A DNA stretch of 64,000 nucleotides from Chrysomallon squamiferum (lineage: Eukaryota > Animalia > Mollusca). The notes under the pieces were generated by a model, which was not told where the DNA came from, did no database searches, and saw only the letters and a list, made by a program, of their open reading frames with translations. Where the stretch lies: NCBI GenBank assembly GCA_012295275.1, contig CM022665.1, forward strand, positions 22,506,001 to 22,570,000. Reading direction: 5' to 3'. Positions within the stretch are counted from its first letter, which is position 1. Each line of letters begins with the position of its first letter. Shown here piece by piece: positions 52,120 to 64,000 of the stretch. The translations under genes were made by a program, and so were the position numbers.

Positions 52120-53870
52120 TATAGAAAAGAAATTAAAATTCTATCCCTGCAAAAATATTATTTTATCTCATTATTATCAGTTATTGATCTTTTTATTGGT
52201 TAATATAGCAGTAGTTACCTCCCTTTTTCTGATAATTTTTCGACAAATTCATTTCGACAGAGTTATTTCCCATGCATAAAGATAAACTAATTTATCTTAA
52301 TCCATTTGTTTCAGTCGAAAAAAATTGATAAGAAATGACTAAGAAGTAAAGATAGATCCTTATGTCATGAGATCTATTTTACAGTGTAATTTATAATAAA
52401 ATATCTGCACAATCACCCGGCTTGAAAACAAAGAATACTGACGTAATAAAACGGGAAATCACCATTAGCGAAAAACCCATAAAAATATTTTATAATAATT
52501 TCCAGTAGATACTATTAACAGAAATTTGTAACAATTTAACCTGCACTACTTTCAAGTAGAACAATATGTAATTAAATTTTTTGAAATAATTATTAATATT
52601 TCACCACTCAGAATGCAATTACAGTAGGGTAGAGTTGAGTAAAAGACTCCACTTAAGGAAAATATACATTTCATACCACATTTAGCATTTTGATCAGTAA
52701 ATATAACTTATGCACAGAGGAATCGAATTTGTGTATTTGTGACATTAAAGCAATATAATAAAACACTCATATTTATTAAAGAATAATAGCTTGTAATGGG
52801 GCCTTTTATGCGACACAAATCAAAACGAGATTCTTTTAATCGTCATGTATGTCGGTTTCAGAATTAATAAAGCCAACAAACCCCTTCCTAACGTCGCAGT
52901 ACTTTGTCAGTATATGACAATTCTGTAACCTAAAACATGAATATAAAATGCTTACTTTTCCAGATAAAGCTGTGGAGAAATACACTTGTCCGTAACCTAA
53001 AAACATGAATATAAAATACTTACTTTTCCCTGTGGAGAAATACACTTGTCCTGCCAGATCACTACCACCATTTTACAAGTGAATCACGTGACAAATAACG
53101 TTGCTTGAAATACATGAATGTATAACACAACTTATTCTACTTTATTTATTTGTTTGTTTTCTTCTTTTGTGCATGAACTGAATTTTATCATTTGTCTGGA
53201 AATAAGAGTTTGCTATGTCACAATACGAATTTAAAAGTATAATTGTAACTTAATCTATAATAATGTAATAAAACAAACTGACTAACAAATCTGGACATCG
53301 AACTAACACATTTTTTCTTTCTGGAATTATTATTATTATTTTTTTTTTTTTAAGAAAAGAGAAGAAAGGTCCCTCCAATACACACACCCAGCTTCCATTT
53401 CAGCATAAACAAATTGTAAATATATTCTATTATTTATTTTTTATTTATTTATTTATATATTTTTAATGGACGTACTTCTTTTTTTTTTGCTGTTCAGTTA
53501 TATTTATCTGTATTACCATGCAATCCTGTTGTATGTATGTATGTATGTATGTATGTCACTAATTTTCAATATAATAGCTATAATCTAATTTATTATTATT
53601 ATTATTATTTTTTTTTTTATTAATTTGTTAGTATCTGTCTATTTAACAATCTATCTATCTCTCTGTCTGTTTTATGTACTTTTTTTTTTTTTTAAGTTTA
53701 ATTTTATTTAATTATTTATCATAGAGAATATATTCAAAACATACAATTTATTATTAATATTTTTACTTTTTTTATTAATTTGTTAGTTCGATTTCCAGAT
53801 TTGTTATTCAGTTTATTTTATTACATTATTATAGATTTACATTTAACCAATTAGAATATTTTAATCAACG

Positions 53871-53944
<74 letters not shown>

Positions 53945-54619
53945 AACACATACAGCTAGACAGAAACAGACATTTAGATATTATTATTATTACGAGTCTT
54001 TTTTTTTTCGAAACTAATCATTATTAAAACTATCATTATCATCATCATCCTAGTAATTATAATCATCATTATTGTTAAATTTTATATGTTACACATGCAC
54101 ATTGTCACAAGGACATTATTAACTAAGATAAAAATTATTTACAAATTTTACTCTTTTTTTCTCTCTTTATTTCATTTATTTAATCGATAAAAATATTTGT
54201 GTGTACATTTTTTGTTTATTTTATCAGTTTAATGTAATATATATATTTTTTTTTAGAGTTTAATTTTCTTGGTTATTTATTTGTTTCTTTATCTGTCTAT
54301 TTAACAATTTATCTATCTCTCTGTCTGTTTTATGTACTTTTTTTTTTTTTTTTTTTTAAAGTTTTATTTTATTTAATTATTTATCATAGAGAATATATTC
54401 AAAACATATAATTTACATTTTTTAATTTTTTATTTATGGATACATTTTATTTATTCATTTGGCATTAGGAAATTTGTGTATTTATATTCTATTTTTATTC
54501 AAATCTTTCATTACACTTTACTTTTTCTTACATTTGAGTAACACTGACTTCTTTTACATCTCTGTATATTTTACAGTTTAATTTTCAATTTTATTTATTT
54601 GCATCTTTGTCTATCTTTA

Positions 54620-54653
<34 letters not shown>

Positions 54654-54811
54654 ATATCTATCTTTTCTTCTTTCTTTCTGTCTGTCCGTCTGTCTAAATT
54701 ATTTATTTGTCTTTGTTACTTATTTGTCATAGAGAATATTCAAAACATATATTTTACTGTTTTGCATTTTCTTTATGGATAAATTTGATTGTGGATATAA
54801 CATTTACTACA

Positions 54812-54845
<34 letters not shown>

Positions 54846-55185
54846 AAATGTGGTTTGCTTCCATATTATAAATGAACAATGTGTAAATATATTATGAACT
54901 AAATGTATGCACTAAATTTCAGTGTAACAGATATAATCTTACCTTTATTATTATTATTATTAATTTGTTAGTTCGATGTCGAGGTTTGTTAGTCAGTTTG
55001 TTTTATTTTATTATTATTAGTTTTACATTTAACTATTAGTGTATTAAACTTATCGATAGATAGATAGATAGACAGAAATACAGATAGATAGATTGATAGA
55101 TAGACATTAATAAAATTATTATTACGATTCTTGTTTTGGAAGCTATTTATTATTAAATCATCATTATCATAGAAATTCATCTGTT

Positions 55186-55234
<49 letters not shown>

Positions 55235-55490
55235 AGGACATGAGTAAACAATCTCACTAAATTTGTTTAATTATTTACGTTTATTTAATCGATAGAAATA
55301 ATTATATAGAAACAAAACATAATTTACTGGGAGTTTGTTATTTTTTTTTTATGGATAAATAAATAAAAATGAATAAAAATAAAAGAGAAAATAAATAAAT
55401 AAATAATTAAGTAACTGGATATATAGACAGAGAGGTAGATAATTAGATATAAAAAAATTGATAAGTAAATAGGTTGATATTATTGTTGTG

Positions 55491-55537
<47 letters not shown>

Positions 55538-57016
55538 TCTGTTAGACATACAAATTATCACAAGGACATTATTAAATATTTTAAACATTTTTTCTGTCTT
55601 TATTAATTCATTTATTTAATAAAACAATTTATGTGCCGTTTTATGAATTTAACATATAATACTTTTGAATTTTATTCATTTATTTGTATATATATATGAA
55701 TGTATGTATGTATGTATGTATGTATGTATGTACATCGTTTATTTATTTATTTACATTTCACAGAAAATATATCTAAAACTTTTTGCTTCCATATCCAACG
55801 TAAAGCAATTGCAAATATATTTTGTAGTCCTAAGATAATATTCAGTATTGCTTCTATAGGCTTGTGATGCTATTTCAAATATTGGCCTAAACTGATTTTG
55901 ACTGTTGATGGTTCCTGTGTTCATGAATTAAGTATTTCGTGTGTAAACTGTAAAATATGGCTTTGCACTCGACTTGTCTTTAAATCGCGCTAGCTGTCTG
56001 GGAGTACTATCAATCCTAAAACTTTCCTAAAATGATGCACAGACTAAATCTGCCACCAAACATTCTGAATATTCGGGGCACTACATCTTTTTTCTTAGGT
56101 GTGTCAGCTCCTGAGTCTATGCGAAGCGTTTTTTATAAACATAATTATTTTTGAAAACAAAATGTTTACATTTGTAAAAAATATTTCCTTGAGTTTAGAC
56201 AAAGTTTAAAAGTTACCTATAATAATGTAATCAAAATCTATTGTTAAGACTGGGTTTTTCCCTTTTTTATCTATTTCTAGAATATTTTTGGAAAATACCT
56301 GACCTAATTATAGATTTCAGGCCTAAAAAATGGTAAAATAAATAAATAAATATTATTATCGTAGACTAACAATCAAATTCTAGTAGTCACAGATAAATAG
56401 ACAGACTGACACGTAGACAGGCGCAAAAAAAAAAAAAATAATAATAATGAAAATAATAATAATAATAATAAGTTACAAAAAGGAAGTAAAAGCCACCAAA
56501 GTCAGAGAGAAAATACAAGAGTCAGCGAATAATATTTTCATTTAAATATTAATAATATTTAAGGGAAAAAAAACCTCTTCAAAAAGAAAAAGTCAAAGCA
56601 TTTAAATGTTCATTGTTCATTATTCAGTACAATCAACGTTAATCAACCTTTACCTGTTTACTTCAGGTCTTCGTCTCTGCCTCGCCATTTTTACTACAAA
56701 TGGACTTTGAACCGCATAATCGTTCTAAAACTCTTACTGATTGGTGCATTTAACATGGTTACTTTGTAGTGTATTCTACATGTTGATAGTTTTTACTGCG
56801 TTTATTAACATAAAATTCAAAGACTGCTTGTGTATTTTATATATATAATTGAAATGAGTATAAAATAAACAAATAATGCCATGAACTTTACAGATAAAAT
56901 TGATAAATAAATAAATAATATATGAACGTGTGTGTATTTGTGTGTTTCTGTTTGGGTACATTTACAGATTAAATTGATAATTAAATAAATAACGAAATAC
57001 TTTACTAATTAAATAA

Positions 57017-57091
<75 letters not shown>

Positions 57092-57657
57092 AATAAATAA
57101 ATAAGCAAACAAATAAAAAAAATGTATTGTTGGTAGTTAATATATAAATGACTTTAAATGCATCCATTCACATAACACAAAATCGAAGTCAAATGTACAT
57201 AGAAACACACACACGTTCATATGTTTGTTATTTGTTTGTCATTTAATCTGTTATGGTTCGTGTCATTATTTATCTGATACATTTTTCAATAACAAATTAT
57301 ATTCATATTATCTTCGTTTCAAAATAAATAGAAAAACGCCCAGTATCGTATGTATGTTTGTGTGTGTGTATGTATGTATGTATCTATCTATCTATCTTTC
57401 TATCTATTTATCTGTTTTATGTGTCTGTATCTCTATATATTAATTTCTGAATCTTACAATAATAGAACTGAACTATTTGTGTTTCAACATGTTTGTTGTT
57501 TTTTTTGTTTGTTTGTTTTAATTTAATTTTTTTTTAAATTAAATTGATGTGACTTTATTTTTTTTTTTTTTTTTCTCTTTGTCAGGAAAAGAACTGATAA
57601 TAACAGAGTTAGGGTTATGAATTATATTACTTAATTTTTACCTCCACACTCACAGAC

Positions 57658-57717
<60 letters not shown>

Positions 57718-58230
57718 TTTATTATAATTATCATTATCATTATTTTTATTGTTATTGTTTTTATTATTTCTACTACTACTGCTGCTACTACTACTACTAT
57801 TACTACTACCATTACTGTTATTATTATTATTATTATTGTAACTGAACTGATTTTATTTATATCATAAATTCATCTCGATTATTTCTTTCTGCTTTTTTTT
57901 TTCTTTTCTTTTTTTAAGAAAAGAGAAGAAAGGTACCTCCAATGAATATTTTTCATCTGCAAATTTTGTAATGAACTGTTTTCATTTGTCAAACTTACAA
58001 GTGTTTTCTATTTGTTTGTTTTTATTATTATTATTTTTAAATTTACATTATCATATGAAAAAATGTAGATAGATAGATGGATGGATGGATGGATGGATGG
58101 ATGGATGGATGGATGGATAGATAGACAAATAGATGGACAGTCACAGATAGATATTATTAATAAAATTATTATTCTTGTTTTTGAAGCAATTCATTATTAA
58201 AATCATCATCACCATAGATAGTCATCTGTT

Positions 58231-58278
<48 letters not shown>

Positions 58279-58385
58279 GGACATGAGTAAACAATCTCAC
58301 TAAATTTGTTTTATTATTTACGTTTATTTAATCGATAGAAATAATTATATAGAAACAATTTTAAACTGACAGGTAAATATGTTGA

Positions 58386-58438
<53 letters not shown>

Positions 58439-58660
58439 TGTTCCACATACACATTGTCACAAGAGCATTATTAAATAATATCAAAAATTATGTTCAAATT
58501 TTACTCTTTTCTTCTGTCTTTATTTCATATATTTAATCGATAACAATAATTATATCTCAAATTTTGTTTATTTCATAAGGTTAATACATAATATTATATA
58601 TATTTCTTAGAATTTAATTTTCTATTTTAATTATTTGTTTCTGTTTCTGTATGTTTAAAC

Positions 58661-58723
<63 letters not shown>

Positions 58724-60191
58724 CATTCATCCCATCCATCCTATCGATCTTTGTCTGTCAAACCAAAAATAATCCACAGAAATAATTAATTCTATTTTAA
58801 TATCGTGTTGTTGTTGGTTTTTTGTGGGGTTTTTTTTGGGGGGGGAGTTATTTTTGTTGTTGTTGTTGTTGTTTAGTTCTTTTAAATGGACTAACATCCC
58901 AGTAAATAATAATAAAACTGTATTTAATGATCAGTTCTGCTTGGTGTAACCAATGGACTATTTTTCAGTCAATTAACCAAGATTGAATTAAAAATATATG
59001 CTCCTTACTGATAGTTCCTTGCTGATATGTTCCTTGCTGACAATCGTATTCTTCAGAACTGCCATTCGATAATATCTCAGTTATTCATTCATTCTTCTTT
59101 TCAACAAAAACGTTTGCTTTCATAAATCAGAAATTATTTACCATCAGTAGCTATGCTGTCACAGAAACCTGAAATAGTCCAGGGTAGATATTACAAAACT
59201 GACACTAAACACGAATATTTAAATTTTTTAGAGCGTATAAATGTAGATATTATTCATGGTTAAATTATTCATAGAAGTTCGTGTGTATATAATAGGATAT
59301 GTATTTCCCTATGTATATTTCAAATGTATCATGTGTATGGCTGAACGTATGTATGCATGTGAATACGTGTGTATGTGTGTGTGTGTCTGTGTGTGTGTGT
59401 GTGTGGATAAAGATTTCTATGTGTTTGTTATAACCTATTTATATTAAATAATTACCGAACATTTCTAAAACTGATGTATTTGGTCATATTATCACGTAGG
59501 ACGTATTTTGTGTGCAATTCGTGATACACTTTGTCCTCCATTTTTGTTTGTCAATGACGATGAAGGTGAACACGTTAACTTCTGGTGATATATGTATGTA
59601 TGTATGTATATATGTATGTTTGTATGTTTGTATGTATGTATGTATGTATGTATGTATGTATGTATGTATGTATGTATGTATGCATATATGTATGTATGTT
59701 AAATAAAAGTTAACCAACCTGTTCACGTCTTCCCCTTGATCGAGAACTAGCCTCTTTGAAACTGATTGGTTAAAATTAACCAATGTAATCAACCCGACCG
59801 GTAAGCGATGATGTCACGTCTAAATAAGTTCTAAAGTGTACAATGTAAAATAAAAAAAAAAAAAACAAATCAGTTAAAACCAGGTATATTTAGATGCATC
59901 ACTCCATAGGTAAACTTTAAATAATGTTCAAGTTTTCTATTACATTTTTAGTTTAGATTATATGTATATTTGTTTAGGTCTCTGAAAATAATAACTATTT
60001 TATGACACAGAAATATACAGGATTTAACAAAACTGAAGAGAGGGTAATAAGAATAATAACAACAAAAATTACAACAGCAACAACAATAATATCTATAATA
60101 GTTAAATTGTTACAAATTTTTGTTAATAGTATCTACTGGAAATTATTATAAAATATTTTTATGGGTTTTTCGCTAATGGTGATTTTAGATT

Positions 60192-60238
<47 letters not shown>

Positions 60239-61533
60239 ATTTTTTTTTTTTTTTTAGGGCAAGGCAGTGTAGAGATACCAAGACAACTTAGGTTTTATCA
60301 AGTTTTCACAAAAGCATTTCATGGTTTTGTTACATGTGAGTATTCATTTTTTTTTACTTAACTTGCTAATGGCTGCCTGAATAATAGTTCCAGTTTGCTT
60401 TTCTCTTTAAAATAATTCTGAAAACAAACCCACATATATGACGATTAAAATAAAAACAACACCCAATACATCCTCCAAATAAACCAATCATATCACTTTA
60501 TGATAATTTCGCAATAATGAGCCAAATATCAAAATGATAGCATGATTAACACATCATCTAATTTGGGGTTAACATTCTGCACGGGTCAGCGTTGGTAAGT
60601 GCATTATTTCAATTGATTCGAATTACTGGACATTCATTCAGATATAGTAGCGACCGCGCAGCCCGTGTGAGGCTCAAATCTACGCTTATTGTAATCATTC
60701 GCACCTGAAAATAAAAACACTCGGTAACAGATTTGGCCGCCGCCGAGCTTAGCTCCTGCTCTTTGCACTTTTTTATTCTCTCTTGCCGTAGCATTTCTAG
60801 TTTAAGCAAATAGATACCTAATTAACATAACACTGACTTTGTTTTTTTTATTGGACATGGTTAGTGAATCAGTGGTATTTGTGGGAAGGGCATGGAGGCA
60901 ACTTTTACTCAACTCTACCCTACTGTAATTTCATTCTGAGTGGTGAAGAGTGGTGTACTAATTTCGATATAAATGCCACTGAATGAAGTATGTATTAGCA
61001 TAGATAGTCCGTATTGTTGTTGTTGTAACCTTATAATCAATCAATTTTATCAAAAAATTTAATTACATCTTGTTCTACTTGAAAGTAGTGCAGGTTAAAT
61101 TGTTACAAATTTCTGTTAATAGTATCTATTGGAAATCATTATAAAATCTTTTTATTGGTTTTTCACTAATGGTGATTTCCCGTTTTACTATCAGTATTCT
61201 TTGTTTTCAAACCGGGTGATTGTGCAGATATTTTATTATTAATTATGCATTTTTATTTATACTGTTAAATAATGTCAACATGTATGTATGTATGTATGTA
61301 TGTATGTATGTATGTATGTATGTATGTATTTGCATAGGTGGATTATATATCAATTAATGCAAATTCACACCAATATCTCTCTATTTATTTATCTATCTAT
61401 CTGGGTGTCTGTCTGTTTGTGTGTCTCTATGTCTCTATCTGAATATATTAATTTCTGAATCTTACAATAATAGAAAAGAACTGTTTGTTTTCTATCCATT
61501 AAACAGATGTGGGTTTTTTTTGTTGTTGTTTTT

Positions 61534-61566
<33 letters not shown>

Positions 61567-61781
61567 CAGGATAAGAATTGGTAATAACAGAGTAAGGGCC
61601 ATGAATTATCTTAGATGATTTTTACACACATATACACATACACATAGACACCTAACTATGTATGTATTTAAGCGTATAAATATAACAAAAAATAATATTA
61701 AAATGAGGCAGAATGATAGTGAATATAATTAGATCGATCGATAGATAGAAATAAAAATTATAAATAATAATTAATAAAGAA

Positions 61782-61830
<49 letters not shown>

Positions 61831-61889
61831 GTCAATAGCGAGATATAATACAAGGATCGCTGATCTTATTTGTTTTGTTCCTACGTTAT

Positions 61890-62096
61890 AGCTCGCGCTA
61901 CTGGACTCTCCGTGGTTTGACTTTGGAAACTTGCCAAAAAGTATGTCGCAGTGTTGTCAAAAGGTGTCGTGATTGTACTGAAGTTCAAGGTAGACATTTT
62001 GAACATTTGTAAATACTAAATATACAGATTACATTTGTTATTTTTAATATCTGATTTTATTTACGTTTGCGGTTCGGTTACTTTTGGGACACCCTG
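61890..62096 (+). mobile_element. Tc1/mariner 3' end fragment
   Basis: CQKVCRSVVKRCRDCTEVQGRHFEHL* followed by the TIR acttttgggacaccctg|TA. Confidence 0.8.
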
Positions 62097-63118
62097 TATA
62101 TTAAGACAGACGTGGATTTCCAGAAAGAAATTAATTCATTTAAATTGTGTTTTTTGTATTTATCTTTGTTTCTTCATATCTTTCTTCTTTTTCTTTTTTT
62201 TTTTTTTTTTCCCTTTTCTTTTTTTAAATTTATTTTTTAAATTCAAATAATATATATTTAATAGTTAAATGTACTAGAAATATTGTTATTGTAGATATAT
62301 TGTTGGTTCCCATTATAATTTTGAAGTGTATGTTTTCTACCAAGTAAAAACAGTTCCATGTGTGTATGTTCTAAACTGAACTAGCGCAGTCCTCTGTGGC
62401 ATAAAGAAGTTTATTTACTTTAGTGCTTAAAACAAATGTAGGTAAAAGGCTGATGTTTACAACAAATTTCTTTTTAAAACCATTCTGTCTCAGTTTTCAT
62501 TTAATAAAAAAAACCAATTTTTTCTATTAACACTACTAAGAGTTTTGTTATTATAAAATAAAATACAATGCTGTTTACTAATGAAATAAAAAAAATTTGA
62601 CTTATTCCTCACCATTATAATGCATTATTATCATCATCATCATCATCATTAAATCGACCTTTTATTATCTTAATAAACTGTACCTTAAATGCAGCGACAG
62701 TGAGTCACCTGGTGAGTGATGACACCCCCACCTAAGAGTGGCTAATACAGGATAACTCAAACCTGAAACTGATTTATCCTGGGGGACTGTTCACCTCAGG
62801 TACAGAACAAAAAATATTTAGATTAATTTTGCTTTTAAATATCTAACTGATATTTAAATAAATTAATAAACATATTTATTTCATGACACTGTGGAGCAGT
62901 TGAGCATCCGTGTATTCTCAGACAGACACATCAGAGCCGACGTTTTATCATGTCCATGATGGATTCAAAATGTTAAAATTTCGTTGGGGCTGTTTCTATA
63001 TTATCGGTAAAGTTTTGGTGTCTGCGGAATTCCAGGTTACAAAAATAGAAAATTGCTAACATATATACATACATATACACACATACATAAACGTAAGAAA
63101 GCTTATTCTGCAAAAACA

Positions 63119-63161
<43 letters not shown>

Positions 63162-63389
63162 ATGTAAAATGAAATAAAATAAAATAGATTATTAACTTTT
63201 GAACTTTAACTAATTATATTTATTTTGCTTCTATTTTATTTCAACATATTTATTCTTTCTTTTTTTTTTTTTTCATTTATTTATTCATTCTTGTATACAG
63301 TCATACATGTTCAAAGAAAGAACTTATTATGTTTATGTCTCTTTCCCTTAAGAATAATTCCTGGTCATATTCATGCATAGCATGAAACT

Positions 63390-64000
63390 TCAGAGTTGTG
63401 TTGAATCTTCTAAGTGCTGGCGTATTGATGTAGATGATACGGAAATGGTTGTGGCACGAAAATATTCTGGTGTTTTGTTGACTTGTTGTGTTGGACTGGA
63501 AGGTGACAGTGTCTTGTTAGACCTTACAACATTTTCTACTTTCCTTATTCCACACAGATCTTTAACTAAATTAAATACGCGTTTATTGCATACAAAAGAC
63601 ACGAAAATGTAAACACCTTGTAGCCCACACAGTACAGTAAAAATATACCACAGCGGCTCTATGTCCAGTCCGGCAGCAAGGAAACCAAAAATCCAGTTGA
63701 TTCCCGTTAGTGTGGACATTTTAACGTAGACAGAAAGATAATTCTTTTTGCCAATAAGATCACTACTTTGGGAAGTGACATCACGGACCGTGATGACTGT
63801 TAGAATAAACAAGACTATGTTGACTAACATGACAGAAATAACTGGAACCAGCAAGCCACCTACAACACTGTAGAAGTTAGATATGTAACAAATTCCTTTT
63901 CCATATCCCAAATCATTACCCTTCGACAGAGATGCGTTGACGATGATTGTTAGCAATATAACCAAAAAGGGGACAGCCAAACTGATAAAGAGGTAATAAA
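63390..64000 (-). CDS. Family-B / adhesion (Methuselah-like) GPCR, TM4-TM7 and C-tail; 5'-partial
   Basis: Frame is open to the window edge; GYG..ICYI, VP...VNIVLF, YVKMSTLTGINWIFGFLA, WYIFTVLCGLQGVYIFVSFVCNKRV are 7tm_2 hallmarks. Confidence 0.9.
   Translation of the reverse strand, partial: YYLFISLAVPFLVILLTIIVNASLSKGNDLGYGKGICYISNFYSVVGGLLVPVISVMLVNIVLFILTVITVRDVTSQSSDLIGKKNYLSVYVKMSTLTGINWIFGFLAAGLDIEPLWYIFTVLCGLQGVYIFVSFVCNKRVFNLVKDLCGIRKVENVVRSNKTLSPSSPTQQVNKTPEYFRATTISVSSTSIRQHLEDSTQL

Larger units (their letters stand above)
40822..56722 (+). repeat. Recent tandem segmental duplication: copy A 40822-49364, copy B 49365-56722
   Basis: Identical ORFs at 42640/49936, 43043/50339 and 47604/54989; ATCG shared at the start, junction and end. 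Confidence 0.92.

Noticed and set aside
1-64000. CRISPR arrays, rRNA, tRNA genes, prokaryotic operons
   Set aside because: No regularly spaced repeat-spacer array or RNA gene recognised; the DNA is spliceosomal-intron eukaryotic.

Overview
AT-rich, intron-rich animal genomic DNA (lophotrochozoan/mollusc-like by gene content and repeat types; this is inference). Two host genes are recognisable. The first is a complete 10-coding-exon TRAF3 on the + strand (ATG 4475 to stop 21742; the exons join in frame to 1680 nt / 559 aa: RING, TRAF zinc fingers, coiled coil, MATH). The second is the C-terminal TM4-TM7 half of a family-B/adhesion (Methuselah-like) GPCR on the - strand running off the right edge. 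The remainder is a nest of decayed transposons (Gypsy, Tigger/pogo, hAT, Kolobok, Tc1/mariner, LINE ORF1, MITEs) and, from about 35.5 to 61.3 kb, a microsatellite-rich mosaic of local duplications, including a recent ~8.5/7.4 kb tandem duplication. That mosaic hides at least three chains of small, splice-site-bounded, mostly phase-compatible exons (two on -, one on +) that the ORF track misses. They carry a few stops and I could not assign them to a known family; they are the most novel signal here. All alignments were done by eye and no database searches were run.
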